Below are positions 37,006 to 46,381 of a stretch of 64,000 bases of DNA, piece after piece. The DNA is from an uncultured Acidobacteriaceae bacterium. GTDB taxonomy: Bacteria > Acidobacteriota > Terriglobia > Terriglobales > Acidobacteriaceae. The position numbers were made by a program, and so were the translations under genes. Position 1 is the first letter of the stretch; the number at the start of each line of letters is the position of its first letter. The notes beneath the pieces were generated by a model, which saw nothing but the letters and a program-made list of their open reading frames with translations, had not been told where the DNA came from and made no database searches. The stretch covers positions 51,328 through 115,327 of the forward strand of contig CAWHWY010000001.1 in NCBI GenBank assembly GCA_963833155.1. The letters run 5' to 3'.

Positions 37006-37556
37006 GGACTTTCTCCTGGCCGGCACCCTGTCCTCCTTCATTGATGGAGTTTCAATGCCGGGTGATTGTCCAGCGTCGCTGCACCTCCTGCTGTTCGTCT
37101 GTGGAAAACATTCCGCTCCAAGCCGAACGCCATTCCGCCAGGCGACAAAAACTGTTCGCCTTCCCACCGGAATCGGCGTTCACCTTCAGACCGGAATGCT
37201 GTTCGGAATCACAACGGAATCGTGTTCGGCTTCACAGCGGAATCGCGTTCACCTTCGACCGGATTCCCCAACAGTAGATTTAACGGTCCCGCGTGTGGCT
37301 CCGTGAGTGGTTCCAGGCCAACAGCCCGCGACAAACGCGCTACAGTGCGCGGGGAGCGTTTCGCCGTCTCCCTAGTACCAGCGAGCAGCCGAAACGCCAG
37401 CAGCGGCCACGGGGCGCGCGGGGCTGTGCCTCTACGGAAGTTGTCAGAGCAAGAATTCAGCGGTTGATTTCCCCGAGAAATGACGGCGTTTTCACGCTAT
37501 GCCGAATCACCGAGAAATCATCAAGAATCATCAATCCGGGCAGCGCGCGACTCGCC

Positions 37557-37739
37557 TCAGAACAGCCAACTGCCGCGCCGTGACCGCCTGCTAGACCCGA
37601 AGATGGCCTTTCTGAACAGCGCACCCGCTTTACGTTCACGGCCCGAACGGGTGAGCGGGATGCCGATGTCCTTCGACATCTCCCGCTTCGCCCGTGTGAT
37701 GCCGAGCAGTCGCTTGAGGGAAAAACCACCCAAATTCAC
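37557..37739 (-). CDS. Possible small basic protein
   Basis: 60-codon ORF (..GFSLKRLLGITRAKREMSKDIGIPLTRSGRERKAG..) starting 20 nt after the T5orf172 gene stop. Weak evidence: no clear RBS. Confidence 0.25.
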   Translation of the reverse strand: MNLGGFSLKRLLGITRAKREMSKDIGIPLTRSGRERKAGALFRKAIFGSSRRSRRGSWLF

Positions 37740-38498
37740 GATGCTTTCTTTCTGCGAACCTAACTAAGACCACCCGCAGCGGCGAAGAGTCCATCTGGAA
37801 ACTTCCCGGTGGGTGGTGTCGACGGGACATTCGTTAGAACCTGCTCCCGCTTGGCTAAGGTTTCGCGGTACTCTCTTGCCTCGGGCACTCTGATGAATTG
37901 AGCGCTCAAGCCCTTGTTCCGGACGAATGTCTCGACTTCTTCGATTTCGACATCTCGATAGAACTCTCGTCGTGCATTGACCAGATTCAGTCGCCGCTCC
38001 GCAAACAGGTGGTGCAGCGCAGTCTCAAGATCGGGAGCGTTGTCAGAGTACAGGATGGCATGAAGATCGAAGGGAAAGGGAACCGATGCACCGCCAAGCT
38101 CGATAATTCGATCCATCGGCTCTAACCGCCGGGTCATACCGATCTTGTAAATTTTTTCTCCGAACGAGCCGATATTGGAAATCACGTAAACAAAGCCCGA
38201 CTTCGTGAATTGTGCTCGGGCGATCGCTTTCTCCTTCTTTTTTCGCGCTTCGTCTAGCTTGGCCTCAAACGAACTAAGCTGCTCAGTGAGTTTCTGAAGC
38301 TGGGCTCCGGTAGCCTTTGCGGCCTCCTCTCGTGCCTTCTCCAATGCCTTCTGGTACCTAGCTTCCTCTGACTCGGCCTCCTCTCGCGCCCTTTCGAACT
38401 CCTGACTTGCCTTGTCTTCCTCGCGCTTCTCTTCCCTTAGCCGACGTTGTTCTTCGCGTTCTTGATATCGCTTTTCCTCATATTCGTGCGTCAATCTA

Positions 38499-39588
38499 TT
38501 GACTTTTGCATAATATAGTTACAGCGGAAAGAGTTCCGCTTGTTCCCAGAAAGCGCAGACCAAGGTGGGCCGACGGCGCATCCGACGCAACGCTCGGCGT
38601 GCGGAATCGCTCAACTGTCCAAAGGTCGTGGGGCAGAAGTTGGGTAATTCGTGCTGCTTCCAGTGTGACCACAGATACTCCACTGGGTTCAGTTCTGGAG
38701 CATAGCCGGGAAGATATTCCAGCCACAGACGCCCCCTCTGTTGCTGTACGAACTGCCAGACGGCACGGCTGCGGTGCCCCGGCAGTCCGTCCCAAACGAT
38801 CAGCAGCTTGCCAGGAATATGGCGCAGCAGATGGGAAAGGAACTCAATGATTTGCGGGCTACGGATTGCTCCCGGAAACAGGCGGAAGTAAAAGTTCCAC
38901 CAGGTTACGCCCGCTATCGCCGACAAGGTCCTCCAATTAAAGTGGTATTGCAGCACGGGGGTCTGTCCGCGGGGTGCCCAGGTACGACAGCGGTGGGGAC
39001 GCTCGCTCAGCCCGCTCTCGTCGATGAAGACGATCGTGCGACCTTCGTTTTTGGCCTTTTTTTTAACTCCGGCCAGCGCTTCTGCTTCCACCGCCGGATC
39101 TTCTCTTCGTCCCGCTCCAAGGCGCGGCCCGTCGGACGCTGACAACTCCATCCCAACTGCCGCAGGATGCGCCATGCCTGCGAGGGATGGTAGGAAATCC
39201 CACATTCTTGCTCGATCAAATGGGTGACACGGTTGGTGGTCCACAATCCGGTCTCGTAGCCCAGGGTTTCCGGACCGCGTTTGAGTCCCTGCTCGATCTT
39301 GCCCAGATCCTCCACGCTCAACCGTGGCTTGCGGCCAGCACGGCCCGCCTTCTTCAGCCCGGCGCGGCCGTTCTCGCGTAACTCGGCCGCCCACTGACTT
39401 ACCGACTGCCGGTGCGCTCCCACTCGTCGGGCCACTTCCGACTGGCTGTACCCCTTCTCTAGGAGCCGCGCCGCCTGCATCCGCCGCTGCTCAAGTGCCT
39501 GAAAGTCTCGCCGAACTCCGGCCGGATTTCCCATGCCCAAACCATAGCACGAGATCAAGAAAATGTCACTATATTATTCAATAATCAA
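38499..39588 (-). mobile_element. IS630-family insertion sequence (1090 bp), TA target duplication
   Basis: 25-bp imperfect inverted repeats: TTGACTTTTGCATAATATAGTTACA (38499-38523) versus the reverse complement of 39564-39588, TTGATTATTGAATAATATAGTGACA (21/25). Flanked by TA at 38497-38498 and 39589-39590. Confidence 0.85.
38519..39534 (-). CDS. IS630-family DDE transposase in two overlapping frames joined at an A8 run
   Basis: HTH part MGNPAGVRRDFQALEQRRMQAARLLEKGYSQSEVARRV.. ends shortly after ..ELKKRPK. The DDE part ..KKKAKNEGRTIVFIDESG..LIVWDGLPGH..APELNPVEYLW lies in the -1 frame. The shift site is GTT-AAA-AAA-AAG (T8 on the plus strand, 39057-39064). Confidence 0.85.
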
Positions 39589-40426
39589 TAAGCTCATCAA
39601 GTTTCAGCTTCAGGTAATCCGCAGTCAGCGAGACCTTGAGCGCATCGCCGAGTTTGCTCACCGCCTCGAAGGACTTTCTAACCCGTTCCTCCATCTTCGT
39701 GGCGTTATTCCATGAAACATTTGCCAGTGCAGCCTCACACTCGCCGTTGAAAGCGCGGAGCAGCAGCTTCGAGTTAAGCTTTACCATTCGCTTTCCTTCT
39801 CGTTTGCTCTCGCCCACAGTCCAAACGACGGGGCAGAAAGCGGCCTTGCCGTCTCGAACCATCTGGCGCTCCCGTTCTCGTAGGTCCGTCAGAGCGACCT
39901 TGTACTCTTCGGGCGTCTGGAAGCTGAAGTGTGGTTGATAAACTCCGAAGGAAATGTCTTCGAGATTCTCCTCAAGAAGGCCGATTTCCTTCTGCAAACT
40001 GTTGTATGTATGCAGCGCATTCTGATATTCCTCCGTTAGTTTCGCACGCCGCTGATCGTTTTCCGCAGCGATCTCCTGTTGCTGGCGTCTTAATCCTTCG
40101 AGTTTGATTCTGTCGGCTTCTATCTCAGCGTTGATGTCAGCAATTCCCGCATAGCGCGCACGGAGATCCTTGTTGATGCCATCAATTTCCGCTTAGTGGG
40201 CTCGGAGGTCCTTCGAACTTCGCAGGCATCGCCAGAGAAAGAACGCGAGCACGAGAGTAATCGCAGTCAGCAGAAACATTGGTGGGTCTCCGAGAGAAGT
40301 CCTAGGGTCGCGCGGATTATTCCACCCGCGCAGCCTGCCCCGCAAGGACGCAGATCACAACGAGATGTGCAACTTCAAACAAAGCACTTAAATCAACGGA
40401 AATCACAAGAATCAAGTTTATCGCGC

Positions 40427-40609
40427 ATGGGGGAAAGCGGCGGGGAGCAACTAAAAGCTTCTGACGTTCTATGCGTTTTTGTTGCCCACTACCTAAAGGA
40501 CGGCAACGGCACAAGTGCGGCTATTGCAGCGGGTTACAGCCCAAAGAGTACAGCGGTCCACGCCATTCGGATGTTAAGAAATGCTAAGGTTGCGGAAGAA
40601 ATCGAACAG
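40427..40609 (+). pseudogene. N-terminal fragment of a phage terminase small subunit-like HTH protein
   Basis: MGESGGEQLKASDVLCVFVAHYLKDGNGTSAAIAAGYSPKSTAVHAIRMLRNAKVAEEIEQL matches the F(V/I)xEYLxDxNGTxAAIxAGYSxKSA pattern. Similarity ends where the convergent recombinase fragment ends. Confidence 0.5.
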
Positions 40610-41159
40610 CTACCCGAGACTCACGACGGTTGCAGGCTGGCCCGGCGCGCAGCCCAACGCCATACATACCCGGTGGATGTCACCTTTCGAGCGCCCCAGC
40701 CCTTCCGCAATCTCGCCGTAAGAGTCTCCGTCGGCGCGCATCCCCCGGATGATCTTGGCGTCTTTGTCGCGCTCCCGCTTCACCCTTGGCCTGCCTCCGA
40801 TGCGCCCCTTGCTGCGCGCATGGGCTAGACCGGCCTTCACTCGTTCGCGTATCAGCTCACGCTCGAACTCAGCCATTGCACCTATGACGTGGAACATCAT
40901 CCGTCCAGCCGGCGTGGTCAGGTCCAGGGTTGTAACGCAGCGATACGAAAGCGCAGCCTACCGCTTGCAGTTCGGCTAGCGCGTCCACAAGGTGACGCAG
41001 GCTGCGCCCGAAGCGGTCCAGCTTCCAGCAGACAATGACATCCACTTTGCGCGCCTTGGCGAGGCGCATCATGGCGTCGAGTTGCGGGCGGTGATCTTTG
41101 GACCCGGAGCACGTGTCCACGAACTCGCCCGCGATCTGCCAGCCGCAGTCTAAGCGCAT
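40610..41159 (-). pseudogene. Serine recombinase (resolvase/invertase), 5'-truncated and frame-shifted
   Basis: ..DTCSGSKDHRPQLDAMMRLAKARKVDVIVCWKLDRFGRSLRHL.. and ..LDLTTPAGRMMFHVIGAMAEFERELIRERVKAGL..HTH. The catalytic-Ser segment (YxRVSTxxQ) is absent. The frame changes in a C3 run (G3 on the plus strand, 40927-40929). Confidence 0.75.
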
Positions 41160-41218
41160 GAGCCAGCCGCGGCGCGCTCTAAACTCCTTTTAGTGCTTCA
41201 TAGCTGGATTTGTCCCAT

Positions 41219-42490
41219 CTACGGGGTGATCTCCCAGACGACACCGCAACCGCTCGGGAGACATCCTTCGCCGCCCGCCTCGGTCGTGCCGTAGAGATTG
41301 CCGTGGGCGTCAAATATGATGTCGCTTAATGGATATCCCCCGTCGCTGCCGCCCGTAAAATCGTGGAGATCGATGTAAGTCCAGCCACCGTTCGAGGGCG
41401 TTAGTTTGAAAGCCGAACCGTATCCATAAGCGCCTTCCTGGTTGGTCGTGCCATAGAGGTTACCAGCAGCGTCCATAGTTAGGCTGGCTTGCGGTCCTCC
41501 AAAATCCCCAGACCCGCCGGTGAAGCTGTAAAGAATGCTTTCTATCCATTGCCCTCCAGAGGACGGCGTCAGCTCGAAGACCGTGCCGCAACCTTGCCTG
41601 CCATAACACCCGGAACCTCCTCCATTATGCGTGACACCATATAGATCGCCCGAATTGTCGAAGATCAGGCCGCCAGCAGGACCTAAACCGTCACTGCCGC
41701 CCTGAAAAGTGTAGAGAACGTTCTCTGTCCAACCAGAGCCAGACGTGGTCAACTCGAAAGCCAGCCCATAACCGTATACGCCGCCGCCACCCGCGACCCC
41801 GTACAAGTTGCCGGATGTATCCAGTATCAGGCCGCTAGGGCTATCACCATTGCCTCCGTCGAATATATAGCTACGGGTTTCCTCCCATCCTCCATTGGAA
41901 GGTGTCAGCTCGACGATAATTCCATCCCCATACCCAAAACTGCTGAGATACATTTTGCCCGCTGGGTCGAAAATTACCCCACGGTCGGGATTAGCTCCAT
42001 CTCCGCCTCCCGTGAACCGATAAAGCACGGTTTCATTCCAAGGGCATAGTGCGGTTTTGCAGGCTGACGGTTGGGGTCTTAGACTGAAAACCGTTCCGCA
42101 GCCACTCCCGCCGACGCATCCGCTACCTCCTCCAGAGAAGGTCGTGCCGTAGAGGCTGCCGTCCGAACCGATGGTTACCCCCGCCGTTCCTGGGTACTCC
42201 CCGTCGTTGTCCCCTTGAAAGCTGTAAAGCGGAGAGAAAACCCAGCCAGAGCCTTTGTGCGACAGCTTGAATACCGTGCCGAAGCCAACTCCGCCCGCGT
42301 CGGTCGTGCCGTAGAGATTTCCTGCCTTATCCAGCGTCAAGCCGGCAGAAGGTTCTCCCCCGTCCTGTCCGCCGGTGAAGGCGTGCAGTACGGTGAATGT
42401 CTGGGCCTGGGCCGATTGCGAACAAACAATCGCAAGCGCAAACGTCAACAACCTGAAAAGACAGTAATGAGTTGAGGATAAGCGGCGCAT
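41219..42490 (-). CDS. Secreted Gloeo_Verruco (GloVer) repeat beta-propeller protein
   Basis: Signal MRRLSSTHYCLFRLLTFALAIVCSQSAQAQ, then seven G(N/S/D)LYG(T/V)T..GG..G(T/V)VF(K/E)L units. Ends ..CGVVWEITP. Confidence 0.8.
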   Translation of the reverse strand: MRRLSSTHYCLFRLLTFALAIVCSQSAQAQTFTVLHAFTGGQDGGEPSAGLTLDKAGNLYGTTDAGGVGFGTVFKLSHKGSGWVFSPLYSFQGDNDGEYPGTAGVTIGSDGSLYGTTFSGGGSGCVGGSGCGTVFSLRPQPSACKTALCPWNETVLYRFTGGGDGANPDRGVIFDPAGKMYLSSFGYGDGIIVELTPSNGGWEETRSYIFDGGNGDSPSGLILDTSGNLYGVAGGGGVYGYGLAFELTTSGSGWTENVLYTFQGGSDGLGPAGGLIFDNSGDLYGVTHNGGGSGCYGRQGCGTVFELTPSSGGQWIESILYSFTGGSGDFGGPQASLTMDAAGNLYGTTNQEGAYGYGSAFKLTPSNGGWTYIDLHDFTGGSDGGYPLSDIIFDAHGNLYGTTEAGGEGCLPSGCGVVWEITP

Positions 42491-42533
42491 GGTTCGCCCC
42501 TTTTGGTGCTTGCGTTAGCTGGATTTGTCCCAG

Positions 42534-43853
42534 TTATGGCGTGATCTCCCAGACAACGCCGCAACCGGAAGGGTAGCATCCTGTGCCACCGCTCGACGCC
42601 GTGCCGTAGAGATCGCCATTGGCGTCGAGGATGACGTTGCTATACGGCTGTCCTCCGTCGCTTCCCCCGGTGAAATCGTGCAGGTCGCTATATGTCCAGC
42701 CGCCGTTTGGATCAGGTGTCAGCTTGAAAACCGAACCGTATCCGTAGGTGCCGTCCCCATACGTAGTACCGTACAGGTTGCCTGCGGCATCCATAGCCAA
42801 CACGGCTAGGGAGCCTGGTGGGTAGGAGTTCCCGGATTGGTTGAAGCTATAAAGCACGGTCTGTTTCCAACTGCCATTGGTCGGTGACAGTTCGTAAACA
42901 GTACCGCCGTTACCTAAGCCGCCCCAGCCAGTCGTACCATAGAGATTTCCCGACTGATCAAAGATCAGGCCACCCGTTGGATTTCCGTCGCTTCCGATTT
43001 GAAAGGCATAGAGAATATTCTCGGCCCAGCTGGATCCTGAAGGCGTTAACTGGAAAGCCGTGCCTTCGTTATAGCCGCCCATGCCCTCAGTCGTACCATA
43101 GAGGTTTCCTGCTTGATCGAAGATCACGCCACTGAATGGGTATCCCCCATCGTTTTCTCCAGTGAAGCTGTAAAGAACGCTTTCTGTCCAGCCGCCATTG
43201 GTCGGTAACAGTTCGTAAACAGTACCGCAGCCCGTGCCGTCACATCCCGGACCTCCTCCTTCTTCTGTAGTGTCGTAGATGTTCCCTGCTTCATCGAATA
43301 CAACGTCACCCTGTCCGGGAGCCCACCCATCCGTGCCTGCCTGGAACGAATAAAGCACGGTTTCCGTCCAAGGGCATAGTGCGGTTTTGCAGGCTGACGG
43401 CTGGGGTCTTAGATTGAAAACCGTTCCGCAGCCATATGAGCACTTGTCGGAAGTTCCTCCTCCGGACACCGTTGTGCCGTAGAGGCTGCCGTTCGGGCCG
43501 ATGATTACTCTGGCTCGTGGATTAGCCCCATCAAAGCGTCCTTGAAAGTTGTACAGCGAGTTCAAGACCCAGCCGGAGCCGGTATGCTTCAGCTCAAACA
43601 CCCCGCCGCATCCAACATATTCGCCCAGGCACCCGTTGTACCCGCCATCAAATGTCGTTCCATAGAGATTTCCAGCTCTATCCATTGTTAGTCCGGCGTA
43701 GGGATTTGCTCCGTCCTGCCCGTGAGTGAAGGTGTGCAATACAGTGAATGTCTGGGCTCGCGCCGATGGGGCCGCGACGACCGTCAGCGCAAGCACTGCC
43801 GCTCGCAAGATGGTGCGGGAGAGTAAATTCTGAAGCTGCTGTTTGCTGCGCAT
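42534..43853 (-). CDS. Secreted Gloeo_Verruco (GloVer) repeat beta-propeller protein (paralogue)
   Basis: ATG 43853 follows GGAGAGGAG. Signal ..LRAAVLALTVVAAPSARAQ, seven LYGTT-type units, and the same ..CGVVWEITP end. The ~60 bp around the stop/3' flank is near-identical to that of 41219-42490. Confidence 0.8.
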   Translation of the reverse strand: MRSKQQLQNLLSRTILRAAVLALTVVAAPSARAQTFTVLHTFTHGQDGANPYAGLTMDRAGNLYGTTFDGGYNGCLGEYVGCGGVFELKHTGSGWVLNSLYNFQGRFDGANPRARVIIGPNGSLYGTTVSGGGTSDKCSYGCGTVFNLRPQPSACKTALCPWTETVLYSFQAGTDGWAPGQGDVVFDEAGNIYDTTEEGGGPGCDGTGCGTVYELLPTNGGWTESVLYSFTGENDGGYPFSGVIFDQAGNLYGTTEGMGGYNEGTAFQLTPSGSSWAENILYAFQIGSDGNPTGGLIFDQSGNLYGTTGWGGLGNGGTVYELSPTNGSWKQTVLYSFNQSGNSYPPGSLAVLAMDAAGNLYGTTYGDGTYGYGSVFKLTPDPNGGWTYSDLHDFTGGSDGGQPYSNVILDANGDLYGTASSGGTGCYPSGCGVVWEITP

Positions 43854-43998
43854 GGGGTTTAACTCCTCTCCGTGCGGATCGGGATGAATTAAAAGCCGAA
43901 GCAGCAAGCCTCGCAAGGAGCTAGATCACATGAGTACGTGAGGAGTAAACTCGTAGCTTCGCAAATGGCGACGTTCGGAATGAAGGAGTGGCAGCGTT

Positions 43999-44820
43999 GT
44001 GCAATCCGCGAAGGAGCAATTCGGAGACAAGCTGAATGCCGCAAAGCGGCGCCTCTCGAACGCCCTGTCCGATATACAGCGCAACTTCCTGCTGAGCAAC
44101 CGAGTCACTTTCAGCACATCGTCGGGCATAACTGCCGCTAACCGTGCCATCAATGAAGCGTACCTGTCCAGTATCCGTTCCGTTTATGTCCAAGCATTCC
44201 TCGAAAAGTCGGAGGCCTGCATCACCGATTGGTTCTACACCCTTCTCGCGATAGCAACTGACTTTCCAGGTCAGATCGGCGAGGAATCCGCTGTCTCGTG
44301 GGCGAAGGCTATCGCAGTCCGAGTCATCACGGAAGACGTGAAGGATTCCTGTTCGGAATTTCTGCCGCAGCTACTAATGACGTTAGACCGTCTTGTGGAC
44401 GAGGAGCTGTTGCGGCAGCTACCGCAAAGTGCCGAACCAGAGCCTGCCCAATCAAGCAGCGCGAGTGCGGCAACTTGGGACACGATCGAAATTTCGTTCC
44501 TGAGCGATGAACGGGTACAGATTCGCAATGGTGGCAGCAGCGCAACCTGTAACTACGGGGAGCTTGGCTTCGAAGATCACAGAGGCGGAAAACCAAATCT
44601 TGCGTGGGAGACCCTACGTGAACTGGCAGAGCAGAGTGGAGTTATTCGAGAAGCAAGGCAAGGGTTTCAGGCGCGACCGAAGCTTGAGAAACGAATCCAA
44701 GAAATCCGAAAAGCACTTCGAAAGTACTTCGACATATCGGCTGATCCCATCCCGTTTGTAGAAGGCGCCGGATACCGCGCATGTTTCAAGATCGTCTGTG
44801 CGCCCTCGTTCCCCACGTAG
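43999..44820 (+). CDS. Hypothetical protein (273 aa) of the island
   Basis: GTG 43999 lies 9 nt after GAAGGAG. No family recognised. The C-terminal ..WDTIEISFLSDERVQIRNGG..YGELGFEDHRGGKPNLAWETLRELA.. looks like a DNA-binding/regulatory module seen in mobile elements (impression only). Confidence 0.5.
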   Translation: MQSAKEQFGDKLNAAKRRLSNALSDIQRNFLLSNRVTFSTSSGITAANRAINEAYLSSIRSVYVQAFLEKSEACITDWFYTLLAIATDFPGQIGEESAVSWAKAIAVRVITEDVKDSCSEFLPQLLMTLDRLVDEELLRQLPQSAEPEPAQSSSASAATWDTIEISFLSDERVQIRNGGSSATCNYGELGFEDHRGGKPNLAWETLRELAEQSGVIREARQGFQARPKLEKRIQEIRKALRKYFDISADPIPFVEGAGYRACFKIVCAPSFPT

Positions 44821-44973
44821 GCGAATTTTCTCCAACAGCAAACAAAAAACTTTGAATTATTTTCGCCTAATCTTTCAATGGCTTAGGGGAGTTTTCGCCG
44901 AAAACCCTGTTCTCCTGTCGAATTTTCGCCAGTAGTGGGCGACGCGGAAAAATTTCCGCAAGGAGCGGTGATT

Positions 44974-45201
44974 ATGAACAGACTTAGAGCGATGCGAAAG
45001 GCCGCTGGTCTCACACAATTCGCGCTCGCCCAGATCGCGGGGGTCTCACGCTTTCGCCTTTCCATGGCCGAGACCGGCTACCTGGAATTGAGGCCCGAGG
45101 AGGTCGCCGCGATAACGAACGTGGTGCGGCCCGAGATGGAAAAAACCGCACGCTTGGTCTCGGAGCTTGCTGCTGTGGGCGCGCGAGGGGGAGCAAGATG
45201 A
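44974..45201 (+). CDS. XRE-family helix-turn-helix regulator
   Basis: ATG 44974 follows AAGGAG. MNRLRAMRKAAGLTQFALAQIAGVSRFRLSMAETG is a canonical HTH_3 pattern. Confidence 0.8.
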   Translation: MNRLRAMRKAAGLTQFALAQIAGVSRFRLSMAETGYLELRPEEVAAITNVVRPEMEKTARLVSELAAVGARGGAR

Positions 45202-45794
45202 CCGACGGGAAATCAAAATCTGCACGCGGTGGGAACCGACCCGGCACTGGTCGTAAGCCCGGCGTCTCTCGCAATCGTGAAACTGCACTGGCGTTGATCG
45301 AACGTGAACTGATTCGCGAGGCGACCACTCACAGCAACTCACCGGCGGAATTGTCAAAAGAGAAACCCCGGACGCTGGAGGTGTTCGGACCCCTTGCGGA
45401 AAAAGCATTTGGGAGCGACTCCCTTCGAGACAAAACGGCTATCGTTTTCATAACTCAGCTCTGTGATGCCATGTATCCAGGTCGCGCAGGTCGCGGCTTG
45501 CAGGAATCGGGCGATTTCTGCATTAACACTGTGGCGTCGATTGGGCCGCGTGACGCCGTCGAGACCATGTTAGTCGTTCAGATGATCGGGACTCACAACA
45601 ACGCTATGGACCTCCTCCGCACCAAGCAACCCCGTGAGGCCGCGCGACTCTTGCGCGCATACGCCGCCCAGGTTGTGGCTTTGCGTGATTACAGGAGGAA
45701 AGGCGAGCAGCGGGTAACCATCGAACACGTGAGCGTGGGAGCTGGTGGCCAAGCGATTGTTGGCCAAGTAGTAACGGGGGGGGCAGAAAAATGA
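45198..45794 (+). CDS. Hypothetical protein (198 aa), translationally coupled (ATGA)
   Basis: Basic N-terminus GGNRPGTGRKPG, conserved-looking tail ..RVTIEHVSVGAGGQAIVGQV. Start overlaps the XRE stop. Confidence 0.55.
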   Translation: MTDGKSKSARGGNRPGTGRKPGVSRNRETALALIERELIREATTHSNSPAELSKEKPRTLEVFGPLAEKAFGSDSLRDKTAIVFITQLCDAMYPGRAGRGLQESGDFCINTVASIGPRDAVETMLVVQMIGTHNNAMDLLRTKQPREAARLLRAYAAQVVALRDYRRKGEQRVTIEHVSVGAGGQAIVGQVVTGGAEK

Positions 45795-46381
45795 GGAGTG
45801 GACTCCCGCCGATCACGCTAAGCGAGCCTTTCCCGCTCTTGGACGATGGACAGTATGTCGCACGCTGCACAGAGGCGACGTTCGCATGGGCGCGGCAGTG
45901 GAACAAATGGATGGCACGTCTTGTGCTTGAGCCTCTCAATTACCAAGGACGGCCCTACTCAGGACGGCTCTGCAAGTTTCTCGGACTCGGCAAAGACCCT
46001 CAGAAACCCTACGCCGGGCCGCAGAGTGACTTCAGGCAATTGCTCGTCGAGGTGAACGGCGCGCAGCCGACGGCCCAAGCCGCTGGGATGGAAGTTTTTG
46101 TTCATGTTCTCTACGAAATCGAAGTTGTGACCGTGAAGAAGGACAGAGAAGGCAAGCCGCGCCCGGCTGAGCACTGGTACAGCATCGTGCGCGAGATTCA
46201 TCCGTACAAGCAAGGCTCTGAGCGCACGCGAACCCTTCAACCCTCAAACCCTGTACCCTTCAACCATTCAACACCTAGAACACAGACAACACTTACAACC
46301 GACCAACACAGCAACACCGTAAACACACCCCTGGCAAGAGCGAGAGCGAAGCACGGAGACGGAATTGACAAGTTTGGGTAG
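45791..46381 (+). CDS. Hypothetical protein (196 aa), translationally coupled (ATGA)
   Basis: Start overlaps the previous stop. Globular first 135 aa, then a low-complexity Thr/Asn/Pro tail. Confidence 0.5.
   Translation: MRSGLPPITLSEPFPLLDDGQYVARCTEATFAWARQWNKWMARLVLEPLNYQGRPYSGRLCKFLGLGKDPQKPYAGPQSDFRQLLVEVNGAQPTAQAAGMEVFVHVLYEIEVVTVKKDREGKPRPAEHWYSIVREIHPYKQGSERTRTLQPSNPVPFNHSTPRTQTTLTTDQHSNTVNTPLARARAKHGDGIDKFG

Larger units (their letters stand above)
33293..37270 (-). mobile_element. IS21-family element (~4.0 kb) apparently carrying a passenger gene
   Basis: Terminal repeats TGGGTATTCCGGTGAAGGTGAAC (33294-) and the reverse complement of 37247-37270, TGGGGAATCCGGTCGAAGGTGAAC, with further CGGAAT(C/G)N(3-4)GTTC(A/G)(C/G)CTTC sub-repeats at both ends. 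Possible 4-bp duplication ACAG (33289-33292 and 37271-37274). Contains istA, istB and the LamG gene. Confidence 0.65.
37760..40279 (-). pseudogene. DUF4041 / T5orf172 (GIY-YIG-like) protein gene, interrupted by an IS630 element and carrying an early TAA
   Basis: 5' part 39591-40279: TM MFLLTAITLVLAFFLW, TAA at codon 29 (40193-40195), a coiled coil, and a DUF4041-like block ISFGVYQPHFSFQTPEEYK..LLLRAFNGECEAALANVSWNN. 3' part 37760-38496: E/R/K coil plus GFVYVISNIGSFGEKIYKIGMTRRLEPMDRIIELG..VPFPFDLHA. Removing 38499-39588 plus one TA gives in-frame ..KLKLDELRLTHEYEEK.. (476 codons). Confidence 0.8.

Noticed and set aside
38513-39574. Shorter IS630 boundary model (11-bp IR ATATAGT(T/G)ACA with adjacent TA)
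   Set aside because: Excision under this model leaves the two halves of the host gene out of frame. The 25-bp IR model (38499-39588) has TA flanks and restores the frame exactly.
40196-40828. 210-aa plus-strand ORF as one CDS
   Set aside because: Only codons 78-138 look protein-like (a terminase-small-subunit HTH). The rest lies antisense to the DUF4041 5' end and the recombinase gene.
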